From IMG/VR virus record IMGVR_UViG_3300050014_000171, positions 1 to 37,496 of that record: a stretch of 37,496 bases of DNA; one strand, 5' to 3'. Below the pieces are notes generated by a model. That model did not search any database, was not told the DNA's origin, and saw nothing but the letters and a program-made list of their open reading frames with translations. This document shows, piece by piece, positions 27,745-36,306 of the stretch (position 1 is its first letter; each line of letters opens with the position of its first letter). The DNA comes from a virus (lineage: Duplodnaviria; Caudoviricetes). A program made the position numbers and the translations under genes.

Positions 27745-28242
27745 TTGATATTAGCTATTGACCCGGGTAGTGAGTATAGCGCGTATGTTTGGCTTGACGA
27801 ATATTTGCATCCTTATGATTTTGGAAAAATTCCGAACGCTGAAATGCTGGACGTAATTTTAAGGAGCGAAACAACATCAACTAAACCTGTTTATTTTGTT
27901 ATTGAAATGGTAGCTTGCTACGGAATGGCGGTAGGGAAAGAGATTTTTGAAACTTGTGTGACAATCGGAAGGTTTATTCAGTTTGCGGAGGAACGAGGTT
28001 TTTTTAAGAAAATCGACCGTATTTACCGCAAAGAAGAAAAAATCAACCTCTGCGGTTTTATGAAAGCAAAAGACGGGAATATCAGGCAAGCACTTATTGA
28101 CCGCTTCGGGCCTGTTGGCACAAAGAAAAATCAAGGTTGGTTTTATGGGGTGTCAAAAGATGTGTGGTCTGCAATCGCAGTTGGCGTGACCTATTCAGAC
28201 ATGTACTTAAACCGCACCGAAATAGAAATAACGGAAGCTTAG
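27745..28242 (+). CDS. RuvC-like Holliday junction resolvase
   Basis: ILAIDPG, VIEMV, DVWSAIAV acidic triad. Confidence 0.75.
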   Translation: MILAIDPGSEYSAYVWLDEYLHPYDFGKIPNAEMLDVILRSETTSTKPVYFVIEMVACYGMAVGKEIFETCVTIGRFIQFAEERGFFKKIDRIYRKEEKINLCGFMKAKDGNIRQALIDRFGPVGTKKNQGWFYGVSKDVWSAIAVGVTYSDMYLNRTEIEITEA

Positions 28243-28295
28243 GAGGCGACCAGTGAAAGTTAAAATAATAGCCAAAATTTTAAGAAGGTGAAGAA

Positions 28296-28946
28296 ATGCA
28301 AAAAACAAAAATTGATTGGGCTGATAGCGTCTGTAATCCTGTTTGCGGCTGCACTTATAATTGCCCATTTTGCTATGCCCGCCGGATGAACGCCCGCTTT
28401 GGATGGGTTGAGGATTTTTCAAAGCCGCAGTTTTTTCCCGACAGGTTGAAACAACTCTACAGCAAAAAGCCACAGGTAATTTTCATGGACAGCATGAGCG
28501 ACATCGCGGATTGGCACCCTGAATGGCTTGAAGCGGTATATAAAGCTATGGCTGATAACCCTCAACACAAATATTTATTTCTCACGAAACGACCTGAAAA
28601 ATATGTTGGTATGCTAAAGGGATTTTCTCAAAGCATTATGCTTAATTGGTGGTTTGGACAGAGTTTGCCTACAGCCAGAAAAAATAATTATGGCTGGGCT
28701 GTACCGCATCATTTTTTAAGTATCGAGCCGCTTTTGTTAGCGCCCGAAACTTACTTTAATTTATTTGGAACGGGTTGGGTCATCATCGGAGCAGAAACAG
28801 GAAACCGTAAAGAAAAGGTTATACCGAAGCGTGAGTGGATTTCGGATATTGTTTGCCAGTGCCGCTCCTCAAACGTTCCGGTATTTCTCAAAAGCTCACT
28901 GACTGATATTTGGGGCGAGCCGCTTATACAGGAGTTTCCGTGGTGA
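28296..28946 (+). CDS. Gp37/Gp68 (DUF5131) family protein
   Basis: TKIDW...NPVCGC...CPFCYA, SMSD, LTKRP, FLSIEPLL, WVIIGAETG, PVFLK. Confidence 0.9.
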   Translation: MQKTKIDWADSVCNPVCGCTYNCPFCYARRMNARFGWVEDFSKPQFFPDRLKQLYSKKPQVIFMDSMSDIADWHPEWLEAVYKAMADNPQHKYLFLTKRPEKYVGMLKGFSQSIMLNWWFGQSLPTARKNNYGWAVPHHFLSIEPLLLAPETYFNLFGTGWVIIGAETGNRKEKVIPKREWISDIVCQCRSSNVPVFLKSSLTDIWGEPLIQEFPW

Positions 28947-29482
28947 CGCCGGCAAGACTTAAAATAATAGCCCTCGGTTTATTGATTTTAATATGCATTG
29001 CCGCAATCCCGCCGGAGAAGCAGCCAGTTAAAATCATCGCACCAGTAGTCACGGCAACAAAAGCAATACCCAAAGTCCTGCCGCCAGTCCCGGCATGCCC
29101 ACTGACTATCGCCCAGCGTGACAGAATAGAGCGAATCATAATGACGAGCTGCGGCAATCAGCAGAACTATGAGATGGACATGGCCAACGCGCAGGTAATA
29201 AAAGACAGGGCCGACAGCGGGTTATTTGGAGCAAGCCTTGATGATGTCATAAACGCTCCGGGACAGTTCGAGAGGCCGACGTCAGGAGAAGTTAACAACC
29301 TTGTCAAGCAGGCAGTTAGCGCGGTATTTGACCGAGGCGAGAGGGTCACGCAGGACAAGCTTTATTATTACATAAACCCGAACACAGAGAAAATCAGCAT
29401 GAAGCGGTGGAAAACTGGTAAGCGGCTTGTAATCATGATAGGCACAGGAAAATGGATACACCAATATTGGACAAGGGAGTGA
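28943..29482 (+). CDS. membrane-anchored SleB/Hydrolase_2-like protein, possibly inactive
   Basis: N-terminal TM; AQVIKDR...F...DVINAPGQF...LYYYINP; Ser at the apparent catalytic Glu position. Confidence 0.65.
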   Translation: MTPARLKIIALGLLILICIAAIPPEKQPVKIIAPVVTATKAIPKVLPPVPACPLTIAQRDRIERIIMTSCGNQQNYEMDMANAQVIKDRADSGLFGASLDDVINAPGQFERPTSGEVNNLVKQAVSAVFDRGERVTQDKLYYYINPNTEKISMKRWKTGKRLVIMIGTGKWIHQYWTRE

Positions 29483-30213
29483 CAGATTTGAGTACATTTA
29501 AACCGATACTTTTTAGCACTCCGATGGTGCGGGCGATATTAGAGGATCGGAAAACAATGACCAGACGGGTAATGAATCCACAACCACCAGAGGGGGCGGC
29601 TTACCTTGAATTGTCTAATGATATGGCAATCTCAAAGATCGATCTCAATGGGGATGAATACTGTGAGGATGGTGAGGGGCTTTACGCTTGCTTTGAATAT
29701 GACGGGTGGCCGGAATTCCCGGTAAGGAAAGCCAAATATCAGGCGGGCGACATCCTATGGGTTCGGGAAACGTGGTATTACGAAAGTCATATGGAAGATT
29801 TGACCGCAGGCGAACCAGACTTGCCAAGTGGCAGATATCAGCACAGATACATATTTAAAGCGAGTATCCCCGATTATCCCGTCAATGTTGGCGTAGGCCA
29901 ACACGGCTGGCGGCCCTCCATCTTCATGCCCCGCGAAGCCGCCCGGGTTTTCTTGCAGGTAACAGACGTGAGGGTGGAGCGTGTAAGGGACATCCTCTGT
30001 GGTGATATGAGGGCCGAGGGGTGCATTCCCGATAAAGTCACGGGCGGCCAATGGCAACAATGGCAAGATGATTATTTCAAGCCGCTATGGGATAAGTTGA
30101 ATGAAAAGCGCGGCTATGGATGGGATATTAATCCGTGGGTGTGGGTTTATAGGTTTGAACGGGTCGACACCCCCGAGCTTTTAGAGGGAGGCGCAAAGGA
30201 TGGAAGAAATTAA
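29479..30213 (+). CDS. ASCH-like phage protein
   Basis: KPILFSTPMVRAILEDRKTMTRR, GDILWVRETW, WRPSIFMPR, NPWVWV; start codon uncertain. Confidence 0.8.
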   Translation: MTDLSTFKPILFSTPMVRAILEDRKTMTRRVMNPQPPEGAAYLELSNDMAISKIDLNGDEYCEDGEGLYACFEYDGWPEFPVRKAKYQAGDILWVRETWYYESHMEDLTAGEPDLPSGRYQHRYIFKASIPDYPVNVGVGQHGWRPSIFMPREAARVFLQVTDVRVERVRDILCGDMRAEGCIPDKVTGGQWQQWQDDYFKPLWDKLNEKRGYGWDINPWVWVYRFERVDTPELLEGGAKDGRN

Positions 30214-30532
30214 AGCGTGCCCGTTTTGCGGAAGTCCATCAGAGCGCAAGGGAAACCGTAGATACCGCAAAGGCTATGCGGCAACTGTTGGTTGCACACG
30301 TTGCCCTTTAAAAATTGAACAAGCAACACTTTGTGGGACAGTTGAAGACGCATATAAACATGCAGAAAGTCTTTGGAACCGCCGCCCCTCGACCGAGAAC
30401 AAGGCGATGACGTGCGAAGGATGTGGGTACGAATTGTCACCACGTTATATGCATCGGTGTTGCTATTGCATAAGACATCCGAGTTATTCAGATAAATATA
30501 AGTCCTCCAAGTCAAAGGAGGATGCAAAATGA
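30200..30532 (+). CDS. Lar (restriction alleviation)-like Zn-finger protein
   Basis: IKACPFCG...CTRC...WNRR. Confidence 0.7.
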   Translation: MEEIKACPFCGSPSERKGNRRYRKGYAATVGCTRCPLKIEQATLCGTVEDAYKHAESLWNRRPSTENKAMTCEGCGYELSPRYMHRCCYCIRHPSYSDKYKSSKSKEDAK

Positions 30533-30666
30533 GCAGCAAAACCATAAAGGAAGATTGTAAATACTGGCAGCACTCTTGTGATTTATGCGGGATAACCGGC
30601 AATGATTACTGCCCGAGCAAATGCGAAGATTACGATGTGGATTATTACGATTATGAGGAGGAATAG
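30529..30666 (+). CDS. small Cys-rich acidic protein, 45 aa, not in the ORF track
   Basis: SD AAGGAGG, ATGA overlap; MSSKTIKEDCKYW...YDYEEE. Confidence 0.6.
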   Translation: MSSKTIKEDCKYWQHSCDLCGITGNDYCPSKCEDYDVDYYDYEEE

Positions 30667-30668
30667 GG

Positions 30669-31073
30669 ATGAGCAGACTAACTTACAGGCTTACATCAAA
30701 CTCAGCGAATCTTTATGAAATAAATGCAGCGGAAGGCGATAAGGTAAAAGAGAGTGTCGCCCGGCAAAATGCTTTTGACCGTCTCGCCGCCTACGAGGAT
30801 ATCGGTACAGTAGAAGATTTTGCTGACTTTGCCCGGGCAAAGCAGGAAGGGCGGCTGGTGGTGCTGCCGTGCAAGGTGGGAGATACGGTTTATTTAACCG
30901 TGCACGGTTATGTTGAAGAAACGAAAGTACGAACTTTTTTTGTTGGTCATCCAAGTTACAACCGAGGGGAACCAGACCCGAGATATGAGATGATTAGATG
31001 CACCAACTATGACTTACCTATGAAATATTTTGGAAAAACCGTATTTTTAACCCGTGAGGCCGCCGAGGCCTAG
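30669..31073 (+). CDS. conserved phage hypothetical protein
   Basis: RLAAYED...GRLVVLPCKVGDTVY...GKTVFLTRE. Confidence 0.8.
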   Translation: MSRLTYRLTSNSANLYEINAAEGDKVKESVARQNAFDRLAAYEDIGTVEDFADFARAKQEGRLVVLPCKVGDTVYLTVHGYVEETKVRTFFVGHPSYNRGEPDPRYEMIRCTNYDLPMKYFGKTVFLTREAAEA

Positions 31074-31089
31074 AAAGAGAGGGTGGAGC

Positions 31090-31608
31090 ATGAATAGGAT
31101 TGAAGAAATACGCGAGAGGTTGAATAAGGCGACACCGGGGCCGTGGGACAGGCATCGGTATTCTGTCGAGGATTGGAACGGAAATCAAGTTTGCGGCGAC
31201 TTTACGAACGAAGAGGATAAAGCTTTTATCGCCCACGCTCCCGACGACATCAAATACCTGTTGGAGCAACTCACCGCCTTGCAGGAGGATTATGGAGCTG
31301 CAAATAAACAAGTTTTGCAATTAAAACAAGAACTATCTGATTTGTATTCCGACAACACCACCCTCAAATCCGAGCGCGACCACTTTAAAGAGCATGACGC
31401 AGGCGCAATGAAATTGTTAGGGGCCCGCATAAAACAGATAGATAATTTGCTAGCCGAGCGCGACGAGATGAAAAAAGCGATGGAAATCAGAGATGGAGCA
31501 CTGAAAATGGCGTGTAATAAATTGGTGGAGCAATTCGGAAATCACGATGACCCTAAAGAATTCGCGGAATATTGCATTCAGCAGGCAACGGAGGAATTGG
31601 GGAAATGA
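31090..31608 (+). CDS. Ead/Ea22-like coiled-coil protein
   Basis: EIRERLNKATPGPW...DKAFIAHAPDDIKYLL. Confidence 0.7.
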   Translation: MNRIEEIRERLNKATPGPWDRHRYSVEDWNGNQVCGDFTNEEDKAFIAHAPDDIKYLLEQLTALQEDYGAANKQVLQLKQELSDLYSDNTTLKSERDHFKEHDAGAMKLLGARIKQIDNLLAERDEMKKAMEIRDGALKMACNKLVEQFGNHDDPKEFAEYCIQQATEELGK

Positions 31609-31922
31609 AATATAAACCAGAAGATTATATCGACAGTGGTTTTTATGGCGGAGATTTTGGGGATGACATTGAATGCCACAAGGAAAAGATTGTTAAATGC
31701 CGCAAGCCACATAAATGTATGGGCGGATGTGAAACCGAGATAAAGATTGGAGACCACGCCTTATTAGAAACGGGATTTATAGACGGAGAACCGGTATCGA
31801 GCTATACGTGCTTGCCGTGCATAGAAGCGTGGCTTGAAGAAAGCGAGCAAGTGGAGTTCATCTCACAAGCCCGCTCCGACATCAACAGCAAAGAAGGGGA
31901 GAAGAAAGATGAAATTATATGA
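31605..31922 (+). CDS. hypothetical Zn-binding protein
   Basis: KCRKPHKC...C...CLPC. Confidence 0.65.
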   Translation: MKYKPEDYIDSGFYGGDFGDDIECHKEKIVKCRKPHKCMGGCETEIKIGDHALLETGFIDGEPVSSYTCLPCIEAWLEESEQVEFISQARSDINSKEGEKKDEII

Positions 31923-32283
31923 AGCAATAATACATGGTGGAAATAAAACTGTAGAGCAAATTCGAGCTTTGAGTGACTTTGACCTCGACGATTCTGATGT
32001 TGAAAATATATTGAAATTTAATCAAACAATCGAGGGGATGAAAGCCATTGTAACAGACGATTTTTATGGGTATGGCTACCTCTTTGTCGACTCGGAAGAT
32101 AAAGAAAAGCCCAAAGAAGCCTTTTATCTCATGGAACAGGATAGCATGTTCGGCACTTACATAAATCAGCGAGAGGAATTTGGTAGGGACTGGGATAATG
32201 GAGAATATGAGCCAGATGGTTGCATGACTTTGTCGAAAGCGCAAGTCGAAATTATACGGGAATTGGAGGCCACCCATGGATAA
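31909..32283 (+). CDS. acidic hypothetical protein
   Basis: Coupled ORF within the operon. Confidence 0.6.
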   Translation: MKLYEAIIHGGNKTVEQIRALSDFDLDDSDVENILKFNQTIEGMKAIVTDDFYGYGYLFVDSEDKEKPKEAFYLMEQDSMFGTYINQREEFGRDWDNGEYEPDGCMTLSKAQVEIIRELEATHG

Positions 32284-32512
32284 AATGCAACCGGCAGATG
32301 TGGCGGAGATGTTTGCAGGATTTGGGGAAAAAACACAGGCCATGATTTCTATTGCGCGTATGGTCAGCGAAAGGACGGTGACACTCATGCCTGACGAATG
32401 CGAAGGCTGCGCGTTTAAAAAATACAAACCTGTCGAAATGTGTATGCTCTGTCCAAACTTTTACGAGTTGGATAAAAAAGGACCCGCGGAGGAGGAGGTG
32501 AACGCTGATTGA
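32276..32512 (+). CDS. hypothetical protein
   Basis: SD GGAGG; CEGC...CMLC. Confidence 0.6.
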   Translation: MDKMQPADVAEMFAGFGEKTQAMISIARMVSERTVTLMPDECEGCAFKKYKPVEMCMLCPNFYELDKKGPAEEEVNAD

Positions 32513-33528
32513 CGGAAGATGTTAAAAATGCACTGCTTGAAATAGCTCGGTCACAAGATAATCGTATTTGCTGGACTGATATTGCATGGTGGTTTAGAAC
32601 CAAAAGAAACGTAAATTTAACCCCAAACCAGTGGCGCAGTAAATACAGATCCATTACGGGATTGGCGCACAAGGCAAGACACGAACGCTATCTGAAAGCG
32701 AGGGAAGTAAAAACGGACAATATCGAAGTGGACAAGCCAGAGAAAATAGACATCGTGCAGAACTTTGAACCCTCCACACTTAATGTCAATTGGCATGGCA
32801 ACCAGAAAGTTAGATTCGGGCTTATCGGTGATACTCATATAAACAGCAAATTCACTCAGCTTACATATCTGCACCGATTCTATGATGAGTGCCGCCGGCA
32901 GGGAATAACGCACGTCTATCATACGGGCGATATTGACGAGGGCGAACAGATGCGGCCTGGACATCAGTATGAATGTTACACCCAGGGTGCAGACGACCAT
33001 GTAAAAGAGATATGCCGAGTATACCCGCAGATTGACGGCGTAAAAACGCACTTCATTATAGGCAATCACGATTCAAGCATAATTAAAAGGTGCGGCTATA
33101 ATATCGGGCTGACAATTGCCGAACGCCGGACAGACATGGAGTATCTCGGGCAGGATTGCGCTATTATTAATTTAACGCCAAATTGTACGCTTGAACTTCG
33201 TCACCCGTGGGACGGCAGCAGCTATGCGATATCATATAAGCCGCAAAAAATGATAGATGCTATGTCAGGCGGAGAAAAGCCGAACATAATCGCAATTGGA
33301 CATTATCACAAGGCTGAGTATATTTTTTATCGAAACGTCCATAGCTTCCAGTCTGGAACATTTTGCGCTCAAACACCATTTATGCGGGGCAAGGGATTAA
33401 GTGCACACATGGGTGGTTGGATAATAGATATTGACGTTGATGAACGCGGATATATACAAAAAATTACACCACAACTTATACCATTTTACGTGGCAATCCC
33501 TGACGATTACAAGAATTGGAGGGCATGA
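32509..33528 (+). CDS. calcineurin-like metallophosphoesterase with N-terminal helical domain
   Basis: GDTH, GDIDEG, GNHD, H and GHYH motifs. Confidence 0.88.
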   Translation: MTEDVKNALLEIARSQDNRICWTDIAWWFRTKRNVNLTPNQWRSKYRSITGLAHKARHERYLKAREVKTDNIEVDKPEKIDIVQNFEPSTLNVNWHGNQKVRFGLIGDTHINSKFTQLTYLHRFYDECRRQGITHVYHTGDIDEGEQMRPGHQYECYTQGADDHVKEICRVYPQIDGVKTHFIIGNHDSSIIKRCGYNIGLTIAERRTDMEYLGQDCAIINLTPNCTLELRHPWDGSSYAISYKPQKMIDAMSGGEKPNIIAIGHYHKAEYIFYRNVHSFQSGTFCAQTPFMRGKGLSAHMGGWIIDIDVDERGYIQKITPQLIPFYVAIPDDYKNWRA

Positions 33529-33529
33529 C

Positions 33530-33862
33530 ATGAAAACAGAATCCAAGTTTTTAGTACTTATTATTCCGCCAAATAAACCCTGCAGACTTGCATATATAGG
33601 CCATGCAATCGAGAAAATGGAGGAAGCCCTTGAATCAAAAAAGGCATCCTTTGATTATTTTGATGATGTGATTATCGCAACAAATAAGGACAAGTCTGGC
33701 CTAAAAAAGAACCCGCACATTGAGGGCATGGATGTATGTGGAACATGTTACCTGATTGGCAACCAAAAGGATGATGATTTTAGGAGCCTGACGTTGAAAG
33801 AAATTAATCATCTATTTCCAAAATACAGCAAGTGCTCGATGAAAATGGTGAATGTGGCATGA
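33530..33862 (+). CDS. DUF3846-like protein
   Basis: VLIIPPNKP...N...N...VCGTCYLIG...FRSLT. Confidence 0.6.
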   Translation: MKTESKFLVLIIPPNKPCRLAYIGHAIEKMEEALESKKASFDYFDDVIIATNKDKSGLKKNPHIEGMDVCGTCYLIGNQKDDDFRSLTLKEINHLFPKYSKCSMKMVNVA

Positions 33863-34245
33863 AAATAGGCGATACAATTCACGCTCCAACCGAAGAAAAC
33901 CCACACCGAACCGGCACCGTAATTTTTGTGCAGCCATTACATTATACCCTTGAATTTACTGGCAGGACAGGCGAAAAATACAGGGAATCGTTTTACTGCA
34001 AGATATCGCCTGACAAATCAGCTAAAATTTTGGAGCAAAGGGACAAAGAGGAAGCGCAGAAAAAACCTCCTGTATTTTGGGGCAAAGGGCGCAATACGTA
34101 TTGGTCTGCCGAGGAAGATAACTATATCATTCAAGGACTACCAACCAGAAAAATAATGGAGCTGACCGGAAGAACTAAAAACTCCATTGACGGACATAGA
34201 CAATTCATGCGTGAAAAGGGGCTGATAGATTGCCGAACTGCATAG
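33859..34245 (+). CDS. hypothetical protein with C-terminal HTH-like region
   Basis: WSAEED...LTGRTKNSI. Confidence 0.6.
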   Translation: MKIGDTIHAPTEENPHRTGTVIFVQPLHYTLEFTGRTGEKYRESFYCKISPDKSAKILEQRDKEEAQKKPPVFWGKGRNTYWSAEEDNYIIQGLPTRKIMELTGRTKNSIDGHRQFMREKGLIDCRTA

Positions 34246-34496
34246 ATTGCCATAAACCAACCGACCACGTCACGCCTTGTAGCTTGACCGTCTGCCCTCA
34301 ATGCTGTGCCCTCTGCTATGTTAGTGACACTCCGTGTCAAGACCTTTCCACAACGCTTACACAGGCGCACAACACCATTGAGCGCAACAAAGTAATCATT
34401 AACGCATGCAGAGCCGGAGCTGAAACAAAAATGATAGCCGAAAGCGTCGGGCTGAGTGTTCGGCAAGTGGAATACATAATTCAGCATAAGGCATAA
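34230..34496 (+). CDS. Cys-rich protein with C-terminal HTH, possible late regulator
   Basis: ERNKVI...IAESVGLSVRQVEYII; last gene of the operon. Confidence 0.55.
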   Translation: MPNCIDCHKPTDHVTPCSLTVCPQCCALCYVSDTPCQDLSTTLTQAHNTIERNKVIINACRAGAETKMIAESVGLSVRQVEYIIQHKA

Positions 34497-34527
34497 AAAG
34501 AAGCCCCTCAATCACGAGGGGCTTTTG
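34496..34527. terminator. bidirectional terminator
   Basis: AAGCCCCTC-AATCAC-GAGGGGCTT flanked by A and T runs; between convergent operons. Confidence 0.8.
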
Positions 34528-34556
34528 ACTTTATACTGTCAGTATGCAAGGCCAAG

Positions 34557-34772
34557 CTAGACACTATCAGATACTATACCTGCGATCTGTTCAGCTGCGC
34601 CATAATCCATGCCATATTTGTTTGCAAATGCCTGCACAGTCTGAATCGTTTTATTCCATTCGGTTTTAATTTCATCTTCCGGCATGCACTTATTTGCGTA
34701 GCAATAACGCCTTACTTGTGTACCGATAGTCTTACAATCCCGCGCCCATTCATCAATGTTTGGCTTTTTCAT
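34557..34772 (-). CDS. hypothetical early protein
   Basis: SD GGAGG. Confidence 0.65.
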   Translation of the reverse strand: MKKPNIDEWARDCKTIGTQVRRYCYANKCMPEDEIKTEWNKTIQTVQAFANKYGMDYGAAEQIAGIVSDSV

Positions 34773-34845
34773 TCTGACCGCCTCCGTAATTTATTTGATT
34801 GCGTGGAATAGGGCTTTAAGGATAAACCCTTTAGAACCGCTGAAA

Positions 34846-35025
34846 TTATGCGTACTGCGCAGAATTGTAGAATTTTTTATATTCTCTGGCTGAGTTTACA
34901 ACATCAACATCATATTTGTTTATCTCTTTGCAAACCTCGTAAAACTGTTTCGGAGTGTGTACGCCATCAATTAGTAAACAAATTGTATCAAAATCTTCTT
35001 TTTGCTTCTTAGTCATCCAACTCAT
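34846..35025 (-). CDS. hypothetical early protein
   Basis: SD GAGGG; ATG 35025 preferred over TTG 35031. Confidence 0.6.
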   Translation of the reverse strand: MSWMTKKQKEDFDTICLLIDGVHTPKQFYEVCKEINKYDVDVVNSAREYKKFYNSAQYA

Positions 35026-35043
35026 TTTCAATCCCTCTTTCGT

Positions 35044-35244
35044 TTATTTGCCCTCACGCCTTATGTTGTTTGCAACGTTTCGCCGGTTGTTTGGCCATGC
35101 TCCACCCCATAGACAATCTCCGCCTCCGCTATCGGCGCAAAATGCGTGATTTTCTATTATCCTCCCACATTCGTCAAAGGTGCAAATTTCTTCAACTGCG
35201 TTTCCACATTCGGGGCATTTTATGGTTCTTGATGTTTGATACAT
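35044..35244 (-). CDS. small Zn-ribbon protein
   Basis: CPECG; SD AAAGG. Confidence 0.65.
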   Translation of the reverse strand: MYQTSRTIKCPECGNAVEEICTFDECGRIIENHAFCADSGGGDCLWGGAWPNNRRNVANNIRREGK

Positions 35245-35292
35245 ACTGTTTCAACCTTTCTGCTGGGAACGTTGCCCGGCTCGGCGTGGGAT

Positions 35293-35499
35293 TTAGATTC
35301 CAGCGGTTTTTCTTAAATCTTTGTATAAATCATAGTCAATACAAATGTTGCCGTCCATATCGGTTTCAATAATACACTTTGACAAATCACGCTCGATCTT
35401 AGGTACTGTAAATGTATGCTTATATTGCTTCATATTGCGGGTTTCAATGGATTTTAACCTATTATGCCATTGCTGACTATTTAACCATGTGGCTTTCAT
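35293..35499 (-). CDS. hypothetical early protein
   Basis: SD AAAGGA. Confidence 0.6.
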   Translation of the reverse strand: MKATWLNSQQWHNRLKSIETRNMKQYKHTFTVPKIERDLSKCIIETDMDGNICIDYDLYKDLRKTAGI

Positions 35500-35525
35500 T
35501 GCTCTATCATCCTTTCAAAATATCG

Positions 35526-35597
35526 GGTTGACGGGCTTGTGACCGTCTTGCCGCATTACGCGCCGTTTCCGGCGTGGCACTCTGCGATTATGCAACC
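35526..35597 (-). ncRNA. twister self-cleaving ribozyme, circularly permuted (type-P5-like)
   Basis: RNA CGCA-GA-GUG-[P1 hairpin CGCCG-GAAA-CGGCG]-UAA-UGCG-GC-AA-GACGG-UCACAAGC-CCGUC; P2, P4, T1 (CAC/GUG), T2 (GC/GC), catalytic G and U^A site all present. Confidence 0.88.
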
Positions 35598-35899
35598 TTA
35601 ACGGGTGTCCATCTGCCGCTTATCTGCTGCTCACGGGTCATTTTAATGCCCTCAATGCCCCATTTTTCACCGTCACGTTCCCAGTTTTGGAGGATATCCA
35701 TGAGTTGGTCACAATGGTATGTGCTGTAGCCAACAAGTACATGGCAACCATCGCCATAAGGTTTAATTGTCTGACCGCGTTTCCAACCAGTGCACCAGAT
35801 TTCCGTTCCATCTTCTGGGATTACCCATGTGTCATGAGTATATGTCGGGTATGTGTCGCCCTCATTTGTCATGTCGTACCATCTGTTTAATGCTGTCAT
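35588..35899 (-). CDS. hypothetical early protein
   Basis: SD AGAGGG before ATG 35899; first gene after the promoter. Confidence 0.65.
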   Translation of the reverse strand: MTALNRWYDMTNEGDTYPTYTHDTWVIPEDGTEIWCTGWKRGQTIKPYGDGCHVLVGYSTYHCDQLMDILQNWERDGEKWGIEGIKMTREQQISGRWTPVKVA

Positions 35900-35931
35900 T
35901 ATAAAAGCCCTCTTTCTTTTGGTGTGATTAC

Positions 35932-36038
35932 ATTGTATAACACTTATAAATATTATGCAATAGGCAAATGTTACAATCATTTATAAATGTTATTGGCTAT
36001 AATGTCACATTTACAAACGTTATCGACTGTGGTATTAT
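35932..36038. promoter_or_regulatory. divergent promoters with three operator-like repeats
   Basis: Minus TTGCAT-17-TACAAT (35960-35932); plus TTTACA-17-TATTAT (36010-36038); CAYTTAYAAAYRTTA at 35941, 35978 and 36008. Confidence 0.65.
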
Positions 36039-36056
36039 ATTGTAGAGGTGGTATAT

Positions 36057-36251
36057 ATGGCGCAAAGCAAAGCGCACATAAAAGCAACAAACAAGTGGAT
36101 GGCAAGCGCAAAAGATAGAATTGTAACGCTTGTGGCGAAAGGCCGCAAAGACGAATTAAAGGCCGCAGCTGCCGCCCAAGGTGAAAGCCTGAATAAATTC
36201 ATCGCGACAGCAATTGACGAGCGCATAGAGAGATTAAAAGCCGTCCAGTGA
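36057..36251 (+). CDS. ribbon-helix-helix (Arc-like) regulator
   Basis: DRIVTLVAKGRKDELKAAAAAQGESLNKFIATAIDERI; SD GAGGTG. Confidence 0.8.
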   Translation: MAQSKAHIKATNKWMASAKDRIVTLVAKGRKDELKAAAAAQGESLNKFIATAIDERIERLKAVQ

Positions 36252-36276
36252 GGCGGCTCTCTTTTTGAATAAAATT

Positions 36277-36305
36277 AAGGCCCCGGATTGCTCCGAGGTC
36301 TTTTG
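36277..36305. terminator. terminator between convergent genes
   Basis: GGCCCCGGA-TTGC-TCCGAGGTC followed by TTTT; a second hairpin GCCGTC...GGCGGC plus T-run at ~36240-36266. Confidence 0.6.
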
Positions 36306-36306
36306 C

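Noticed and set aside
34801-34840. Pistol ribozyme
   Set aside because: The pistol-like words (CGUGG..UAGGGC and UAAAGCCCUA) are opposite-strand readings of the same bases; the required stems and catalytic core are absent
36057-36251. Type II toxin-antitoxin pair
   Set aside because: The RHH gene is monocistronic with no recognisable co-transcribed toxin
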